The notes under the pieces were generated by a model that saw only the letters and a list, made by a program, of their open reading frames with translations, ran no database searches and was not told the origin of the DNA. A DNA stretch of 63,873 bases, the filler included. It is 9 parts of 9 records of this genome, joined end to end, with 100 filler letters (N's around TTAATTAATTAA, not from the genome) between each part and the next. Parts side by side here need not be neighbours in the genome. Positions count along the whole stretch, not along the records: positions 40,944 to 53,153 come from SRR20825010_1743; positions 53,254 to 56,419 come from SRR20825010_1757; positions 56,520 to 60,644 come from SRR20825010_1758; 6 more parts are not named here. The stretch is one strand, 5' to 3'. Positions within the stretch are counted from its first letter, which is position 1, and each line of letters begins with the position of its first letter. Both the position numbers and the translations under genes were made by a program. Of the stretch, positions 48,402 through 59,204 are shown one piece after another.

Positions 48402-49922
48402 TCAGGCTGCCTTTTTCTGCACCAATCCCCTGTAGGCCAAAGCCTCCGCGACATGGTGTCTTCTGACGGGCTCCGACAGCTCCAGATCGGCAATGGTTCT
48501 CGCCACCCGCAGGATACGATGATATCCGCGTGCCGACAGGGCGAGGCGAGACGCCGCCTCCTCCATCAGCGCCTGCCCTGGCGGATCGGGCCGGGCATGC
48601 TCCTCAAGCAACTTGCCGCCAAGCTCCGCATTGGTCTTGCCCTCGGCCTCGGCTCTCTCGAAACGGCGGCGCTGGAGGCGGCGGGCAGCAGCGACCCGGG
48701 CAGCCACCGTCTCGGAACGCTCGGTATCGGGTGGCAGCCCCAGCTCCCGGACCGATACCGGTTCGATATCGATGCGCAGATCGAACCTGTCCAGCAACGG
48801 GCCGGAGAGACGCGCCTGATAGTCGAGGCCGCATTTCGGCGCACGGCCACAGGCCTGTGCTGGATCGGAGAGGTATCCGCACCGGCAGGGATTCATCGCC
48901 GCAATGAGCTGGAACCGGGCCGGATAGGTTACCCGGTGATTGGCCCGGCTGACCACCGCCTGCCCGGTCTCGATCGATTGCCGCAGTGAGTCCAGCACCG
49001 TGCGCGGAAACTCCGCCAGCTCATCCAGGAACAGCACCCCGCAATGGGCCAGCGAAACCTCCCCCGGCCGGGCCTTCAGGCCGCCGCCGACAAGCGCCGG
49101 GATGCTGCTGGAATGATGCGGATCGCGATAGGGCCGGGCCCGCGAGATCCGGCCGCCCTTCAGGTCACCCGCAACGCTGCGCACCATGCTGACTTCCAAT
49201 GCTTCCCGTGCATCGAGCGGCGGCAGGAGTCCCGGCAGGCGGGCGGCCAGCATCGACTTGCCCGCGCCGGGCGGGCCGGTCATCAACAGATTGTGGCCAC
49301 CGGCCGCAGCGATTTCGAGTGCCCGCTTGGCGCTTTCCTGGCCTTTCACATCCGCTAGATCGGGAAACAGGCCCGGCTCCTCGGCCCCTGCGGGCTCGGG
49401 CGGGGTGAGCACCTGATTACCCTTGAAATGGTTGATCAGCGCCAACAGCGTGCGCGGCGCCAGCACGTCAAGATCCCCGGCCCAGGCGGCTTCCGGGCCG
49501 ACCTTTTCCGGGCAGATGATGCCGACACCGCGGGAGACCGCACCGAGGGCGGCGGGCAATATCCCGGAGACCTCCGTCAGTTGCCCGTCCAGCGCCAGCT
49601 CGCCAAGCACCAGGTATCCGGCGATTTCCTCCGCCGGAAGCACGCCCATCTGGACCAGGATCCCGACGGCGATCGGCAGATCGTAGTGACTGCCTTCCTT
49701 GATGACGTCGGCCGGGGCAAGATTGACGGTGATGCGCTGTGGCGGCAGGGCAAGACCAAGCGCGCTCAGCGCCGCCCGGACCCTGTCCTTGCTCTCGTCC
49801 ACGGCCTTCGCCGGAAGGCCGACGATGGAAAAGGCGGGCAGCCCGTTGCCCATATGCACCTGAACATCGATATCGAGGGTGTCGACCCCCTGAAACGCCA
49901 CTGTCCGAACCCGCGCAACCAT
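48402..49922 (-). CDS. comM: YifB/ComM family Mg-chelatase-like AAA+ ATPase
   Basis: VNLAPAD..KEGSHYDLP, GPPGAGKS, PGEVSLAHCGVLFLDE, AMNPCRCG, SGPLLDRFD and RVARTIADL. Confidence 0.93.
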   Translation of the reverse strand: MVARVRTVAFQGVDTLDIDVQVHMGNGLPAFSIVGLPAKAVDESKDRVRAALSALGLALPPQRITVNLAPADVIKEGSHYDLPIAVGILVQMGVLPAEEIAGYLVLGELALDGQLTEVSGILPAALGAVSRGVGIICPEKVGPEAAWAGDLDVLAPRTLLALINHFKGNQVLTPPEPAGAEEPGLFPDLADVKGQESAKRALEIAAAGGHNLLMTGPPGAGKSMLAARLPGLLPPLDAREALEVSMVRSVAGDLKGGRISRARPYRDPHHSSSIPALVGGGLKARPGEVSLAHCGVLFLDELAEFPRTVLDSLRQSIETGQAVVSRANHRVTYPARFQLIAAMNPCRCGYLSDPAQACGRAPKCGLDYQARLSGPLLDRFDLRIDIEPVSVRELGLPPDTERSETVAARVAAARRLQRRRFERAEAEGKTNAELGGKLLEEHARPDPPGQALMEEAASRLALSARGYHRILRVARTIADLELSEPVRRHHVAEALAYRGLVQKKAA

Positions 49923-49992
49923 ATCCGCCCCACCGAGAATGTCTCCCGGCTGGTTATGGGGCGGTCTGACCTGTTTTCAGACGGGATGCAGT

Positions 49993-51255
49993 CTAGGAGT
50001 TCTCTTCCAGCAATGCCGGATCGCCGCCGCGCACATCGAGGAAAGAGCAGGACCGGACCGCCACTTCGGTAAAACTGGCATGGGTCACGTCCGCATGATC
50101 GAAGCAGGTATCCTCGACAAGGGCACCCGCGAAATCAGCCCGCTGCAAGTCCGCGCCGACCAGCTTGGCGCCCCGCAGATCCGTCGGCCACTCCCGCAGC
50201 ACCTCAAGCGTTCCCGGCTTCAGGATCGCAATCCGGGACAGGCGGGCGGAGACCAGGATCGCGCCGCTCAGATCCGCGTCTTTCAGGCTTGTCCCGCGCA
50301 GATCTGTCCGGGTCAGGTCCGTCTGGGTCAAGTTGGCGTTCTGCAGGTTGGCAAGCCGGAGCGACGCACCTTTCAGCTTGGTGCCGTTCAGCTTGACCCG
50401 GGACATTTCCGCCGCGCTAAGCTCCGCTCCGCTCAGATCCATGCCGGAAAGATCCGTATCGCGGAAATCCCCGCGCGTACCTTTGGCGCCGCCCGAGGAA
50501 ACCCAGTGGAAATGCTCCACAAGCCGGTGCCGGATATCTTCCGGCAGATTTTCCATGCCCGACGCTATGCGGCAATCGGTCAGGTCCGCATCGGTCAGAT
50601 CGACGCCGTCAAAGTTGCAGGACCGCAGATCTGCACCGGAAAGATCGCTGTTGCGCATCTGCGCCTGGGTCAGGTTTGCGCCCTGAAGATTGGCGTTCTG
50701 CAGCACCGCATCCTTGAAGATCGTCCGGCTGAGATCGGCATGATGGAGATTGGCACCGACCAGTTTGGCGGAGGAGAAGTTCGCACTGACTGCAACCGCG
50801 CCGGAAAGGTTGGCGTTGCTGAGGTCGGTATGGATCAACTTCGCCTCGGACATGTCGCTGTTCTGCAGATCGGCCACCTGCTCGATCGCGTGATGCACGT
50901 CGCGGATCTTCATCGGCCGCAGATCGGCGTTTGTCATGTCCGCCGCCATCAGCTTCGCGCCGGCGAGAGACGCTCCCCGCAGATTGGCGCCGACAAGGCG
51001 GCTGCCGGACAGGTCGGAATTGCTGAGACGCGCCGTCAGCATCTGTGCGTCGGACAGATTGGCGCCAGCAAAAACACTGTTCTGTAAATTGGCACCAGCG
51101 AGCAATGCCTGGCGCAGATCCACGCCCGGAAGACGAACGGCGCGCAGATCACGCTGTCTCAGATCGGCGATTTCACCGCCTGGATAGCGACGCAAAAACG
51201 CCTCGTGCTTGGAGACGATTTTGTCGAGTTCCTGCTGAAGTTCTTCGATCAGCAT
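49993..51255 (-). CDS. Pentapeptide repeat protein with two modules
   Basis: Extensive A(D/N)Lxx repeats; two similar capping motifs (HEAFL...GGEIADL; HFHWV...GGAKGTRGDF). Confidence 0.93.
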   Translation of the reverse strand: MLIEELQQELDKIVSKHEAFLRRYPGGEIADLRQRDLRAVRLPGVDLRQALLAGANLQNSVFAGANLSDAQMLTARLSNSDLSGSRLVGANLRGASLAGAKLMAADMTNADLRPMKIRDVHHAIEQVADLQNSDMSEAKLIHTDLSNANLSGAVAVSANFSSAKLVGANLHHADLSRTIFKDAVLQNANLQGANLTQAQMRNSDLSGADLRSCNFDGVDLTDADLTDCRIASGMENLPEDIRHRLVEHFHWVSSGGAKGTRGDFRDTDLSGMDLSGAELSAAEMSRVKLNGTKLKGASLRLANLQNANLTQTDLTRTDLRGTSLKDADLSGAILVSARLSRIAILKPGTLEVLREWPTDLRGAKLVGADLQRADFAGALVEDTCFDHADVTHASFTEVAVRSCSFLDVRGGDPALLEENS

Positions 51256-51550
51256 TGTTCAGTTCCAGGTCAATATTCGTATGCCCATACAAACAGGCAA
51301 CAACATATAGAAAAAATGGACGCCGTTTTCTCTATATCTTGGTATCTGTTTACAGTTTTACTTTAATCAATCCAGGACCGCATATCAATCAATAAAATCA
51401 ACACTCTATGGTGTGGATTAAACACCAAACCTTAAGTTACCCTGCCCTAAAGACTTATTTGCAACGCGCCCTGGCAACGGTTCGCGCAACCGTGTCCTTG
51501 TACATTGGAGAGTTGCACCCAAGATCTTCAGCATTGACCATCAAGGGAGA

Positions 51551-51955
51551 ATGCCTGTGGCAGAGAGTGATTTGCCCGACACTGTTGCCCCGGTTGAGGG
51601 GGCGATCCGCAACCCTGCAAATCCACACCACTTCATGGTGGTCCAGCCCGCCGGGCGCAGGATCCGGATCTTTTTCGGCGACCGTCTCGTCGCGGACAGC
51701 ATGGATGCACTGCGGGTGATAGAAATCGGCCGCCGGGCTTACGAACCCCGCCTCTACCTGCCGAAGCAGGCCCTGACTGTACCGCTTGTCCAGCTGGACA
51801 AGGTGACCCATTGCCCGCTGAAGGGCGATGCGCATTATTTCTCGCTGGAAGGTCAGGAAATCGCCTGGGCATATCGCAGCCTGGACTTTGCCGCCGTGCT
51901 GGACGGGCTCTATTCCTTCTGGGGTGACAATATGCGGATCGTGGAGGGGGAGTAA
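51551..51955 (+). CDS. DUF427 (NTP_transf_9) family protein
   Basis: VADS..ALRVIE...PRLYLP...THCPLKGDAHYF...AWAY; GGGAG RBS. Confidence 0.88.
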   Translation: MPVAESDLPDTVAPVEGAIRNPANPHHFMVVQPAGRRIRIFFGDRLVADSMDALRVIEIGRRAYEPRLYLPKQALTVPLVQLDKVTHCPLKGDAHYFSLEGQEIAWAYRSLDFAAVLDGLYSFWGDNMRIVEGE

Positions 51956-51965
51956 TCCCCCCGCT

Positions 51966-52331
51966 TTAGTCCGGCTTCTGCAGCATCCGGCCAAGACGGC
52001 GGCCGCCGAGCAGGTGGATATGGAGGTGCGGCACGTCCTGCACGCCATTCTCGCCGGTATTCACGATCAGGCGATGTCCGTCCTCACGGGTTTCCGTGAG
52101 CTTCGCCACCTTGCCGATGGCCCGGACCCAGGCGACGATCTCGGCGTCGCTCGCCTGCTCGGAGAATTCGTTCATGGTCTTGTAGGGACCCTTCGGGATC
52201 ACCAGCACATGCACCGGGGCCTGGGGCTGGATATCCTCGAAGGCGAGGACATGCTCGTCTTCATAGACGGTCTTGTTGGGAATTTCGCCGCGCAGGATCT
52301 TGGCGAATACATTCTGCTCATCATAGGACAT
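51966..52331 (-). CDS. Histidine triad nucleotide-binding protein
   Basis: NVFAKILRGEIP, PQAPVHVLVIPK and QDVPHLHIHLLGG. Confidence 0.94.
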   Translation of the reverse strand: MSYDEQNVFAKILRGEIPNKTVYEDEHVLAFEDIQPQAPVHVLVIPKGPYKTMNEFSEQASDAEIVAWVRAIGKVAKLTETREDGHRLIVNTGENGVQDVPHLHIHLLGGRRLGRMLQKPD

Positions 52332-52362
52332 CGAACTTCCCCTCACTCCCAATCGGCGGCGC

Positions 52363-52683
52363 TCACTCGGAGCGGCTTGCCTTTTCCTCGATCCCAGACA
52401 GGCCCTCGCGGCGCGCCAGTTCAGCCCAGACATCCTCCGGCCTGACCCCCGTCGCACTCCACAGCACCAGCAGATGATACAGCAGGTCGGCGCTCTCCGC
52501 CGTCAGCCCTTCACGGTCCCCGGCAACGCCTTCGATCACGGCCTCGACCGCTTCCTCTCCGACCTTCTGGCCGATCTTTTTCGGACCCTTGTCGAACAGC
52601 TTCGCAGTGTAGGAGCTATCCGGGTCAGCCCCCTTGCGGGAGTCGATGACTGCGTGCAGCCGGTCGAGAATATGCTCGCTCAT
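52363..52683 (-). CDS. hisE: Phosphoribosyl-ATP diphosphatase
   Basis: [28 protein letters not shown] and [10 protein letters not shown]. Confidence 0.96.
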   Translation of the reverse strand: MSEHILDRLHAVIDSRKGADPDSSYTAKLFDKGPKKIGQKVGEEAVEAVIEGVAGDREGLTAESADLLYHLLVLWSATGVRPEDVWAELARREGLSGIEEKASRSE

Positions 52684-53153
52684 TGTGGCCTCACGGGAAC
52701 ACCGGCCTTTGCCATCGCCGCTTTCGCTTCAGCGATACGGAACGTGCCGAAATGAAACACGGAGGCGGCCAGAACCGCCGAGGCGTGGCCTTCGAGGATA
52801 CCTTCGGCGAAATGCTCCAGCGTGCCAACACCGCCGCTGGCAATCACCGGAATGCTCACCGCATCGGAAATCGCCCGGGTGAGCGGCAGATTGAAGCCCT
52901 GCTTGGTGCCGTCCCGGTCCATCGAAGTCAGCAGGATCTCGCCCGCACCGTACTCAGTCATGCGCTGGGACCAGGCCACGGCGTCGATACCGGTCGCCTC
53001 GCGCCCGCCATGGGTAAAGATCTCGTACGTGTCCGGCCCGGTGCTTTTCGCATCCACCGCCACGACAATGCACTGACTGCCGAATTTCTCCGCCGCCCGG
53101 CGCACGAAATCCGGGTCTTTCACCGCCGCCGTGTTGATCGACACCTTGTCGGC
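52680..53153 (-). CDS. hisF: Imidazole glycerol phosphate synthase cyclase subunit (5' truncated)
   Basis: [36 protein letters not shown] and AASVFHF. Confidence 0.96.
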   Translation of the reverse strand, partial: ADKVSINTAAVKDPDFVRRAAEKFGSQCIVVAVDAKSTGPDTYEIFTHGGREATGIDAVAWSQRMTEYGAGEILLTSMDRDGTKQGFNLPLTRAISDAVSIPVIASGGVGTLEHFAEGILEGHASAVLAASVFHFGTFRIAEAKAAMAKAGVPVRPQ

Positions 53154-53253
53154 NNNNNNNNNNNNNNNNNNNNNNNNNNNNNNNNNNNNNNNNNNNNTTA
53201 ATTAATTAANNNNNNNNNNNNNNNNNNNNNNNNNNNNNNNNNNNNNNNNNNNN
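53154..53253. other. Artificial contig linker
   Basis: N-run with TTAATTAATTAA core. Confidence 0.99.
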
Positions 53254-54297
53254 TTGATGCTTGCCCGCCAGACGATGCTGGTTGTCCTGATCGCGTGCGG
53301 GGCCGGTGCCGCCGCCATGCACCAGGCTGCAGCCGACCAGCCCGCAAAGCAGATATTCGGCGCAGCGAAACTGCCTGCAGTGCTTCCCGCCCGCGCGATC
53401 GGCTTCTACTCCAAGGGCTGTCTTGCCGGCGGCATCGCCATCCCCACCGACGGGCCGACCTGGCAGGCCATGCGGCTGTCGCGCAATCGCCGCTGGGGAC
53501 ACCCCGATCTGATTACGCTGGTGGAGAGATTGTCGCGCGAGGCCGCCGCCCAGGATGGTTGGCCCGGACTTCTCATCGGCGACATTGCACAGCCGCGCGG
53601 CGGCCCGATGCTTTCGGGGCATGCATCGCATCAGATTGGTCTCGACGCCGATGTCTGGCTCACGCCGATGCCCGCCCGCACCCTGTCCGCTGCCGAGCGG
53701 GAAAACATTTCGGCCACTTCGATGCTGAAGAAAGACACGCTCTATGTCGACGACCGGATCTGGACCCCGGCCCATGCGAGGCTCTTGATGCGGGCGGCAA
53801 GCTATCCCGAGGTCGAGCGGATCTTCGTTCATCCCGGCATCAAGAAGAAGCTGTGCGACAGCTGGACCGGCAACCGCGCCGCGATGGGCAAGATCCGGCC
53901 CTATTACGGGCATCACTATCATTTCCACATCCGCATCAAGTGTCCGCCCGGCGTCAGCGGCTGCAAGGACCAGAGCCCGCCACCGCCAGGATCGGGATGC
54001 GACAAGTCTCTGGCCTGGTGGTTCACCGACGAGCCCTGGGCGCCGGCCAAGCCGAAGAAGGACGACAAGCCCAAGCCGAAGAAGCGCGAAATCCAGCTGT
54101 CGGATCTTCCGCAGGCCTGTAGGGTCGTGGTCGAAGCGCCGGCTCCTGCATCGGAAGCCGAAGTCACGCTTGGTGCTGACCCGATTGCCCGCATTGCCAG
54201 AGCGAATGCCAATGCAGCCCCTTTGGCCGCGTCCGCCTTCGCGTCTGTTCCGCTGTCGGGCCGCATCCCGTTGCCGGTGCCCCGGCCGGCCAACTAG
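53254..54297 (+). CDS. mepA: Penicillin-insensitive murein endopeptidase (start may be truncated)
   Basis: IGFYSKGCLAG, RNRRWGHP, GDIAQPRGGP, GHASHQIGLDADVW and GHHYHFHIR. Confidence 0.93.
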   Translation: MMLARQTMLVVLIACGAGAAAMHQAAADQPAKQIFGAAKLPAVLPARAIGFYSKGCLAGGIAIPTDGPTWQAMRLSRNRRWGHPDLITLVERLSREAAAQDGWPGLLIGDIAQPRGGPMLSGHASHQIGLDADVWLTPMPARTLSAAERENISATSMLKKDTLYVDDRIWTPAHARLLMRAASYPEVERIFVHPGIKKKLCDSWTGNRAAMGKIRPYYGHHYHFHIRIKCPPGVSGCKDQSPPPPGSGCDKSLAWWFTDEPWAPAKPKKDDKPKPKKREIQLSDLPQACRVVVEAPAPASEAEVTLGADPIARIARANANAAPLAASAFASVPLSGRIPLPVPRPAN

Positions 54298-54441
54298 GCT
54301 GTTCGCGCCGGCTGGCATTGAATTATCCCGGTCTCGAAGTCTTTTGTTTGTCGTGGGGACAAGCTATAGAATGGCTGATCAAATCGATTGAAAATGTTGA
54401 ATCCGGCGTTCCGGCCGCATTCTTCGAGATAATGGGCCGCC

Positions 54442-54819
54442 ATGACCGTTCGAAAAGCCATTGCACTGATCGCGCATGACCAGAAGAAGGATGACCTGGC
54501 GGACTTCGCCAGGACCCATCAGGCGGCGTTGGCGCGGTTTCCGATCGTTGCCACCGGGACCACTGGTGGCCGCATTGCCGAGGCGTGTCCCGATCTCGAT
54601 ATCAGGCGGCTCAAGAGCGGGCCGCTGGGCGGCGATCAGCAGATCGGCGCCTTGATCGCCACCGGCGATGTCGGCCTCGTCATCTTTTTTGTCGATCCGC
54701 TGACGGCGATGCCGCATGATGTCGATGTCAAGGCGCTGATGCGGCTTGCCATCGTGTATGATATTCCGATGGCGCTCAACCGCGCGACCGCCGATACCTT
54801 GCTGAAAGCGCTCGGATAA
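54442..54819 (+). CDS. mgsA: Methylglyoxal synthase
   Basis: [26 protein letters not shown] and PHDVDVKAL. Confidence 0.96.
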   Translation: MTVRKAIALIAHDQKKDDLADFARTHQAALARFPIVATGTTGGRIAEACPDLDIRRLKSGPLGGDQQIGALIATGDVGLVIFFVDPLTAMPHDVDVKALMRLAIVYDIPMALNRATADTLLKALG

Positions 54820-54889
54820 CGCGCGGACCTTACCTGGCGCCGCCTGCCGGGCCGCGCCGCAACCAGACCAGGCTTACAGGGACCAGAGC

Positions 54890-55915
54890 ATGCCCATTTC
54901 CCACGACACCGAACATTCCATCGCCTTTCCCATCCTGATTGGCGATATCGGCGGCACCAATGCCCGTTTTGCCATCCTCACGGATGCCAATGCGGAGCCG
55001 AAGGAATTCCCGATCCTGGCCACCGCCGACTACCCCAGCATCGACGAGGCAATCCAGGCCGGCGTGCTCGACCGTACGTCGCTGCAGCCCAGATCTGCGA
55101 TCCTCGCGGTTGCGGGCCCGATCAAGGGCGACGAGATCGATCTGACCAACTGCGACTGGGTGATCCAGCCCAAGGTCATGATCCGCGATCTCGGCTTCGA
55201 GAACGTGACGGTGATCAATGATTTCGAAGCCCAGGGACTGGCGGCGGCTTCGCTCGGACCGGAGTATCTGGAAAAGATCGGCGGCGGCGAGATCCGGCCG
55301 TCGACCTCGCGCGTGGTTGTCGGGCCCGGCACCGGTCTCGGGGTCTCGGGGCTGGTGCATGCGCGCCACACCTGGTTTCCGGTGCCTGGCGAAGGCGGCC
55401 ATGTCGACATCGGCCCGCGCACCAGCCGGGATTACGAGCTGTTTCCGCTCTATGAACCGATCGAAGGCCGGATTTCCGCCGAGCAGTTGCTGTGCGGCCG
55501 CGGCATGATGAACATCTACCACGCGGTCTGCAAGGCCAACGGCGTCAAGCCCGCCGCCGCCACGCCATCGGAAGTGACGGCGCACTGGGCTTCGGGGTCG
55601 GATCCGGCCGCGGTCGAGACGATCGAGCTGTTTGTCACCTATCTTGGCCGGGTCGCGGGCGATCTGGCGTTGATCTTCATGGCGCGCGGCGGCGTGTTTC
55701 TCGCCGGCGGCATCGTCCAGAAGATCCTGCCGGCGCTCAATCAGCCACGGTTCCGCCAGGCGTTCGAGGACAAGGCGCCGCACACCGCCATCCTCAGGAC
55801 GATCCCGACCTTCGTCATCACCCATCCGCTGGCCGCCCTGTCCGGTCTTGCGGCCTATGCCCGCACTCCGGTCCGTTTCGGTGTCGCGACCGAAGGCCGC
55901 CGCTGGAAAGCATAG
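54890..55915 (+). CDS. glk: Glucokinase
   Basis: [27 protein letters not shown] and GGVFLAGGI. Confidence 0.95.
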   Translation: MPISHDTEHSIAFPILIGDIGGTNARFAILTDANAEPKEFPILATADYPSIDEAIQAGVLDRTSLQPRSAILAVAGPIKGDEIDLTNCDWVIQPKVMIRDLGFENVTVINDFEAQGLAAASLGPEYLEKIGGGEIRPSTSRVVVGPGTGLGVSGLVHARHTWFPVPGEGGHVDIGPRTSRDYELFPLYEPIEGRISAEQLLCGRGMMNIYHAVCKANGVKPAAATPSEVTAHWASGSDPAAVETIELFVTYLGRVAGDLALIFMARGGVFLAGGIVQKILPALNQPRFRQAFEDKAPHTAILRTIPTFVITHPLAALSGLAAYARTPVRFGVATEGRRWKA

Positions 55916-56020
55916 GCAAACGGAATTCAACCCGCTATAGAGCCGCCATGAACAGCGCGGGGACACTCCTGCCTGATTGAGACGGCGGTCCTGGCGGAAC
56001 GCCCGACAGGATGACAAGAC

Positions 56021-56419
56021 GTGAAGCTTGGCAGGAACATCAAGCTGGATGTGCAATCGCTGACGATGGTGATCCGCCGGATCATCCGTGAGAATGGCCG
56101 CGATTACATCAAGACCTATATATTCGCGGCGATTTGCCTGGCCCTGGTCGCGGCATCCACTGCCTTCATGGCCTGGATCATGGAAGCCGTCATCGACGAG
56201 ACGTTCGCCAAGCGAAACACCGACCTGATCTGGGTGATCTGCGGCTCGATCTTGGGCGCCTTCGTCATTCGCGGCGCCGCGTCCTACGGGCAGGCCGTGG
56301 CGCTGGCGCAGGTCGGAAACAACCTCGTCGCTCGCTATCAGCAGCGCCTGATCGACCATCTGATGCGTCTCGGGATGGGCTATTTCGGCGACACCCGTTC
56401 GGCCCAGATCGCAGCCCAG
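56021..56419 (+). CDS. ABC transporter permease/ATP-binding protein, MsbA-like (3' truncated)
   Basis: N-terminal TM helices of the ABC_membrane type; conserved position after glk. Confidence 0.8.
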
Positions 56420-56519
56420 NNNNNNNNNNNNNNNNNNNNNNNNNNNNNNNNNNNNNNNNNNNNTTAATTAATTAANNNNNNNNNNNNNNNNNNNNNNNNN
56501 NNNNNNNNNNNNNNNNNNN
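56420..56519. other. Artificial contig linker
   Basis: N-run with TTAATTAATTAA core. Confidence 0.99.
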
Positions 56520-57274
56520 AGATTGAGCAGCGCCCGGTCGCCCTTCTCAAGCTCGTCGCGGGCCACCACGTCGGCCTTCGCCCGACACGACTGCGCAATG
56601 GCTTCGACGCGCTCGCTCCCCCCGGCAAAAACCGCCTGCCAGTTTTTCTCCAGCCAGGCGAAGAAGTCCGGCCGGTCGATCAGCCCGTACTTGGCGACCT
56701 CGGCATAGCCCGCGCGGAACTCGCGCGGCGAAAGCGTATCGAGCACGGCCGTATCAGCGATGACAAGCTGCGGCTGGTGGAAAACGCCGACCAGGTTTTT
56801 TCCATGAGCAGTGTTGATGCCGGTCTTGCCGCCGACAGAGGAATCCACCTGGGCGAGCAGCGAGGTGGGCGCCTGGACGAAGTGCATGCCGCGGCGCACG
56901 ACGCCGGAGGCAAAGCCCGCCAGATCGCCCACCACGCCACCGCCAAGCGGGATGACGACATCACCGCGCTCAAGCCGGGCATCGAGGATGCCGGCCACCA
57001 CGTCTTCAAGCGTCGCGAAACTCTTCGAGCGCTCACCCGGTGCAACAGTGATCGCGGCCGATTCCACACCAGCGGCCGCGAGACTTCCCTGAAGGGTTGC
57101 CAGATGATTTGCCGCGACATTGGTGTCCGTGACAATCGCCGCGCGCACACCAGGGAGGCGGGAGGCAATTTCCGCGCCCGCCTGTGCCAGCAAGCCCGGC
57201 CCGATCAGGATGTCATAGGAGCGCGCACCAAGCGAGACATGCACCCTGGCGGGCGCGGCATTCACATCATTCAT
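56520..57274 (-). CDS. aroB: 3-dehydroquinate synthase (3' truncated)
   Basis: [40 protein letters not shown] and AEVAKYG. Confidence 0.96.
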
Positions 57275-57870
57275 GATCGGATGTCCTTCCGGCGTTCGTC
57301 CTGCAGATACGCGTCGAGGGCGGCAATGACCTCGGCCACGATGACCTCCTTGGGCTCGTTGCGCGAGTGAATGACAATGTCTGCTTCGGCGTAGAGCGGG
57401 TAGCGTTCGTCCATGAGACTGCGCATGACGCCTTCGGGGTCGTCATTGTTCAAGAGCGGTCGGTTCGAACGACGCCCGACACGCTCCATCAGGGTCGGCA
57501 GATCAGCTTTCAGCCAGACCGAGACACCGCGCCGCGCGACGGCCCGGCGCGTCTGAGCGTTCATAAACGCCCCGCCGCCGGTGGAGACAACACGGGGTCC
57601 GCTCTTCAGCAGGCGAGCGATCACCCGGCGCTCCAGCGAACGAAACTCGGTTTCACCATAGGCTGCGAACAGATCCGGCACCGTCATGCGCGAGACCGTC
57701 TCGATCTCGTGATCGCTGTCGATGAAGGGCAATTTCAGCACATCGGCCACACGCCGGCCAATCACCGTCTTGCCTGCGCCCATCAGGCCGACGAAGACCA
57801 GCGACCGCCTGCCCAGCCGGCAAGCGAGATTTTCTGCATCTGGAACTGATAGGTTTTCGGTGAATGTCAT
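57271..57870 (-). CDS. aroK: Shikimate kinase
   Basis: [26 protein letters not shown] and RPLL; overlaps the aroB start. Confidence 0.95.
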   Translation of the reverse strand: MTFTENLSVPDAENLACRLGRRSLVFVGLMGAGKTVIGRRVADVLKLPFIDSDHEIETVSRMTVPDLFAAYGETEFRSLERRVIARLLKSGPRVVSTGGGAFMNAQTRRAVARRGVSVWLKADLPTLMERVGRRSNRPLLNNDDPEGVMRSLMDERYPLYAEADIVIHSRNEPKEVIVAEVIAALDAYLQDERRKDIRS

Positions 57871-58019
57871 TCTCGCGCCTCTGCCTGCCGGTTTCGACAC
57901 AAAAGCCATGATCCGTCAAGCGCTTGACTGTCGAGCACCCCACATACTTGCTTGCAAAGAAGGAACCGGCATCCCATAAACGGCCTGGGCAGGGGAAGAC
58001 AGAACGGGGCACTGAAAGC

Positions 58020-58169
58020 ATGCCGACGCTTTTTCGGCTATTGATGATCATCGCGGTCCTTGCCGGCCTGGTTTATGGCGCCATGGTCGCTCTCGTGACC
58101 TTCGTGGAACCGCAGACCGGCGAGATGAGTGTGCGGATTCCGGCAGAAAAGCTGAATCCATCGCAATGA
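58020..58169 (+). CDS. Small conserved membrane protein upstream of xerD (49 aa)
   Basis: MPTLFRLL...[13 protein letters not shown]...IP; overlaps the xerD start (ATGA); typical Rhizobiales position. Confidence 0.75.
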   Translation: MPTLFRLLMIIAVLAGLVYGAMVALVTFVEPQTGEMSVRIPAEKLNPSQ

Positions 58170-59104
58170 CACCCAGGATCGGCAGCGGCGCGCGCATCGA
58201 GGCTTTTCTGGAGATGATGGCAGCCGAGCGCGGCGCCAGCGACAACACGCTTGCCTCCTACCGCCGTGACCTGGAAGACGCAGCCCTGCATCTTGCAGCA
58301 GGTGGAAAGACACTGCAGGATGCCGACGCAGACGATCTGCGCGCTTTTTTGAGCACCCTTTCCACTCAGGGTTTTGCAGCCACCACCCAGACCCGCAAGC
58401 TCTCCGCCCTCAGGCAGTTTTTCCAGTTTCTCTATGCCGAAGGTCTGCGCGGCGATGACCCGACAGGCGTACTCGACAGCCCGAAAAAGGGGCGCGGCCT
58501 GCCGAAGACGCTGAGCGAGAAGGATACGGGAAACCTGCTGGAACGAGCAGAAGCAGAGACCCACGAAGCAACCGCAGGTACGCCGGAGCACACTGCCGCG
58601 GTGAGGCTTCATGCACTGCTTGAGGTGCTCTACGCCTCGGGCCTGCGCGTTTCAGAACTGGTGAGCCTGCCGGTAACGGTTGCGCTTCGGGACGAGCGTT
58701 TCTTTGCCGTGCGCGGCAAGGGCGGCAAGGAGCGTATTGTGCCGCTCTCCGGCAAGGCGCGCGCGGCCATGCAGACCTGGCTCACCGTGCGCAAGGCAAA
58801 CCCCTCCTGGGCAGAGAGCACCTGGCTCTTTCCTGCCAGTTCCGAGAGTGGTCACCTGCCACGACAGGTCTTTGCACGGGAACTGAAGGCGGTCGCCGCG
58901 CGCGCGGGCATCGATACGGCGAAGATCTCACCGCATGTGCTGCGCCACGCCTTTGCAAGCCATCTTCTGCAAAATGGTGCGGACCTGCGCGCCGTGCAGG
59001 AACTGCTGGGTCATTCGGACATATCCACGACGCAAATCTATACGCATGTGCTTGAAAAACGCCTTGCCGAGCTGGTTCAAAAGCACCATCCGCTTGCCGA
59101 TTAG
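58166..59104 (+). CDS. xerD: Site-specific tyrosine recombinase XerD
   Basis: [32 protein letters not shown] and [16 protein letters not shown]; aroK-xerD-accA context. Confidence 0.94.
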   Translation: MTPRIGSGARIEAFLEMMAAERGASDNTLASYRRDLEDAALHLAAGGKTLQDADADDLRAFLSTLSTQGFAATTQTRKLSALRQFFQFLYAEGLRGDDPTGVLDSPKKGRGLPKTLSEKDTGNLLERAEAETHEATAGTPEHTAAVRLHALLEVLYASGLRVSELVSLPVTVALRDERFFAVRGKGGKERIVPLSGKARAAMQTWLTVRKANPSWAESTWLFPASSESGHLPRQVFARELKAVAARAGIDTAKISPHVLRHAFASHLLQNGADLRAVQELLGHSDISTTQIYTHVLEKRLAELVQKHHPLAD

Positions 59105-59204
59105 CTTCATGAACGTTATGTGGAGCGTCACATTACCGGCGGCAGGCCGTGTTCAACCCAGAGATGCCTCTATCGCAGTGTCTCGTGTTCGATTTGGCGA
59201 GTGA

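Noticed and set aside
38696-56359. Long antisense ORFs (e.g. 38696-40396, 45701-47260, 49939-51087, 54830-56359)
   Set aside because: Shadow frames of high-GC genes with strong codon bias; no motifs and full overlap with well-supported genes on the other strand.
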